Assembly (NCBI GenBank): GCA_038110465.1
Contig: JAYNJU010000001.1
Location: 215,544 to 279,543 of the forward strand
Length of the DNA: 64,000 nt
Source: Bacteroidota bacterium
Lineage (GTDB): Bacteria > Bacteroidota > Bacteroidia > Flavobacteriales > Flavobacteriaceae
Direction: 5' to 3'
The notes under the pieces were generated by a model. It was not told where the DNA came from, ran no database searches, and was given only the letters and a program-made list of their open reading frames with translations. Positions 62,151 through 64,000 of this stretch are shown here, piece after piece (the first letter of the stretch is position 1; each line of letters opens with the position of its first letter). The translations under genes were made by a program, and so were the position numbers.

Positions 62151-62763
62151 TAATGCTAACTTCTGTCATAGAACCAAGTATAATTTCTGTTCCATTAACT
62201 CCATCAACGGATATTACTTTATTTTCTTGATCCAATAAGTCTTTATTTTGGTCAAAAAGTATTACATCTTTTTTAACTTTTACTTCAAAAACTGGTACTT
62301 GGTAACCATTTTTATCAATAATGTCAGCTTGAATAGAAAATATTGCATCTGTTCCATCGATAGGAACATTAGCCATCATTTTATACGAGTCATTATTTCC
62401 AAAAAGAGAATCTTTAACAGGAACAAAACCAAGGGTGTCAACTACAGTAACTTCTTTTAGCATATCAATTCTGTAGGTTCTATCATATTCTAGATAAGAT
62501 GAATCTCTTTTCTCAACTAAAGTAAAAATTCCAGTGTCGATAAAACTTACTAGACTATCAAAATTGTTTGCATAAAAACCTCTTACATCTTTATGAGCAA
62601 TTTGAGCTGTTTTAATATCTTTTAATCTATCAATTACTTTAGCATACCTTTCATTCTTTACTCTGTTAAATTTTATTGGACCATTTATGGAACTATAAAT
62701 TTGAGTTGCAAAAAAAATAGATAAAACCCATAAAAAGAATTCTAATGCACGTTTTTTGTTCAT
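62107..62763 (-). CDS. Hypothetical N-terminally membrane-anchored protein
   Basis: 218 aa with a single N-terminal hydrophobic helix (ALEFFLWVLSIFFATQIY), then an amphipathic helix and a beta-rich domain. No catalytic motif was recognised. Confidence 0.55.
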   Translation of the reverse strand: MNKKRALEFFLWVLSIFFATQIYSSINGPIKFNRVKNERYAKVIDRLKDIKTAQIAHKDVRGFYANNFDSLVSFIDTGIFTLVEKRDSSYLEYDRTYRIDMLKEVTVVDTLGFVPVKDSLFGNNDSYKMMANVPIDGTDAIFSIQADIIDKNGYQVPVFEVKVKKDVILFDQNKDLLDQENKVISVDGVNGTEIILGSMTEVSINGNWPSIFDTKKDQ

Positions 62764-62786
62764 CTTAATTAATTTTTTGATTTTAA

Positions 62787-62794
62787 CAAATCTA
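62787..62794 (-). promoter_or_regulatory. Candidate -7 promoter box (TAGATTTG on the minus strand) for the 62763-start operon
   Basis: Plus-strand CAAATCTA, 23 nt upstream of the ATG at 62763. Confidence 0.3.
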
Positions 62795-62853
62795 CAATTT
62801 TTTTTTTTTCATAAAACAATATATAAATGAATTATATTAGAAAAAATTTTTGA

Positions 62854-63576
62854 ATGAAAGTTGTTGCTTTAATACCCGCTAGACTCGAGTCATCAAGGTT
62901 TCCAAATAAATTAATTAAAAAAATAGATGGTGTCCCGATAATAGTTAGAACTTATAATGCAGCTATTGAATCTAATCTATTTAATGAAGTTTATGTTGTT
63001 AGCGGAAATGAAGAAATTATAGAATTAATTAACTCTGTAAATGGACTAACTATAAAGTCTAAAAAGGAGCATTTATCTGGTACAGATAGAATTTCTGAGG
63101 CATCCAATGAAATTGAATGCGATATTATTGTAAATCTACAAGGAGATGAACCATTTATAGATAAAGAATCAATTAGAAATTTAATTAGTTCATTTGATGA
63201 TCCTAATGTTAAAATTGCATCACTAATGACAAATTTTACTGATTTTGATGAAATAAATAATCCAAACAATGTAAAAGTAGTAGTTAATAAAAATTCTGAT
63301 GCAATTTTTTTCTCTAGACTTCCTATACCTCATGGAAGTTCAAATATTTTGGATTATAAAAGACATATAGGTTTATATGCTTTCAGGTATTCAAGTCTTG
63401 ATAAGTTTTCAAAACTTGAAAGAAGCAAAAATGAAATAATTGAGAACTTAGAGGGTAATAGAGCAATTGATAATGCAATTAGTATAAAGATGGTCTTTAC
63501 TGATCATAATGGAATTTCAATTGATACCATAGAGGATTTTGAAAATGCGAAAAAAATTATAACAAAAAATGATTAA
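62854..63576 (+). CDS. kdsB: 3-deoxy-manno-octulosonate cytidylyltransferase (CMP-KDO synthetase)
   Basis: 240 aa with an IPARLESSRFPNK N-terminus and SGTDRI and LQGDEPF motifs. Confidence 0.95.
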   Translation: MKVVALIPARLESSRFPNKLIKKIDGVPIIVRTYNAAIESNLFNEVYVVSGNEEIIELINSVNGLTIKSKKEHLSGTDRISEASNEIECDIIVNLQGDEPFIDKESIRNLISSFDDPNVKIASLMTNFTDFDEINNPNNVKVVVNKNSDAIFFSRLPIPHGSSNILDYKRHIGLYAFRYSSLDKFSKLERSKNEIIENLEGNRAIDNAISIKMVFTDHNGISIDTIEDFENAKKIITKND

Positions 63577-64000
63577 ATCACTTTCTAAAATCATTTTAAA
63601 TAACCTTATGCATTGGAAAGTTTATGGAAACTTACCTAATAATGATAAATATATTATTGCTGTAGTTCCTCATAGTAGTTATTTTGATTTAATAATTGCC
63701 ATACTAATAAGATCTAGTCTTGGACTCAAGATAAAATTTATTGGTAAAAAAGAATTATTCAATCCACTCACCTCTTTTTTATTTAACTATATGGGAGGAA
63801 TTCCAGTTGATAGGCGGGGAAATAAAAATTTTGTAGAATCTGTTACTGATTTATTTAATAGCAATAAGTTAAAAATTCTAGCTATTGCTCCTGAAGGGAC
63901 AAGAAAAAAAGTAAATAAGTGGAAAACTGGATTTTACTACATCTCACTAGGCGCTAAAATACCAATAGTAATGGTATCTTTTGATTATCAAAAAAAAGAA
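63569..64000 (+). CDS. 1-acyl-sn-glycerol-3-phosphate acyltransferase family protein (PlsC-like), 3' end outside the window
   Basis: Not in the ORF track because no stop occurs before the window end. Manual translation gives MIKSLSKIILNNLMHWKVYGNLP...VVPHSSYFDLII (HX4D motif)...GGIPVDRRG...IAPEGTRKK (acyltransferase motif III). The ATG overlaps the kdsB 3' end by 8 nt. Confidence 0.85.
   Translation, partial: MIKSLSKIILNNLMHWKVYGNLPNNDKYIIAVVPHSSYFDLIIAILIRSSLGLKIKFIGKKELFNPLTSFLFNYMGGIPVDRRGNKNFVESVTDLFNSNKLKILAIAPEGTRKKVNKWKTGFYYISLGAKIPIVMVSFDYQKKE

Overview
This is a visibly AT-rich (about 30% GC by eye), very gene-dense chromosomal segment. It reads as core genome of a streamlined Bacteroidota (Flavobacteriia-like) bacterium. 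Supporting signs are a BamD lipoprotein, a long omega subunit, a CarboxypepD-regulatory-like/beta-barrel outer-membrane protein, an ECF sigma factor, and recurring TAnnTTTG -7 boxes just upstream of start codons. About 60 protein genes are present and nearly all are housekeeping: the leuA-leuC-leuD-cimA-leuB operon, panB, dnaK, fumC, thrS-infC-rpmI-rplT, icd, trmD-rplS, dnaA, ribD, ligA, coaBC, recN, fabI, lon, rpsA, pyrR-pyrB, ppk1-ppx, dnaX and kdsB. Three features are invisible in the ORF track: a compact type-A RNase P RNA (60598..60877), a 52-codon hydrophobic ORF (16188..16346), and a 3'-truncated PlsC-like acyltransferase running off the window end (63569..64000). Several track ORFs needed start corrections: dnaK, bamD, coaBC, rpsA, and infC, which starts at ATA. 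I found one clear intrinsic terminator. I found no tRNA or rRNA genes, CRISPR arrays, IS elements or transposases, prophage genes, or recognisable defence or toxin genes. I do not see a convincing novel multi-gene system, so this looks like an ordinary core region. The leads most worth a second look are: (1) a PAS-domain::MenA-type prenyltransferase fusion packed between a MenI-like thioesterase and a CPBP intramembrane protease; (2) an A11 tract in dnaX at the domain III/IV boundary, with stops 2 and 4 codons away in the two shifted frames, as a candidate gamma-subunit recoding site; (3) a gene-orientation switch centred on dnaA that suggests the replication origin is nearby, although I could not find DnaA boxes; (4) the reduced RNase P RNA, which overlaps the 3' end of rsmD.
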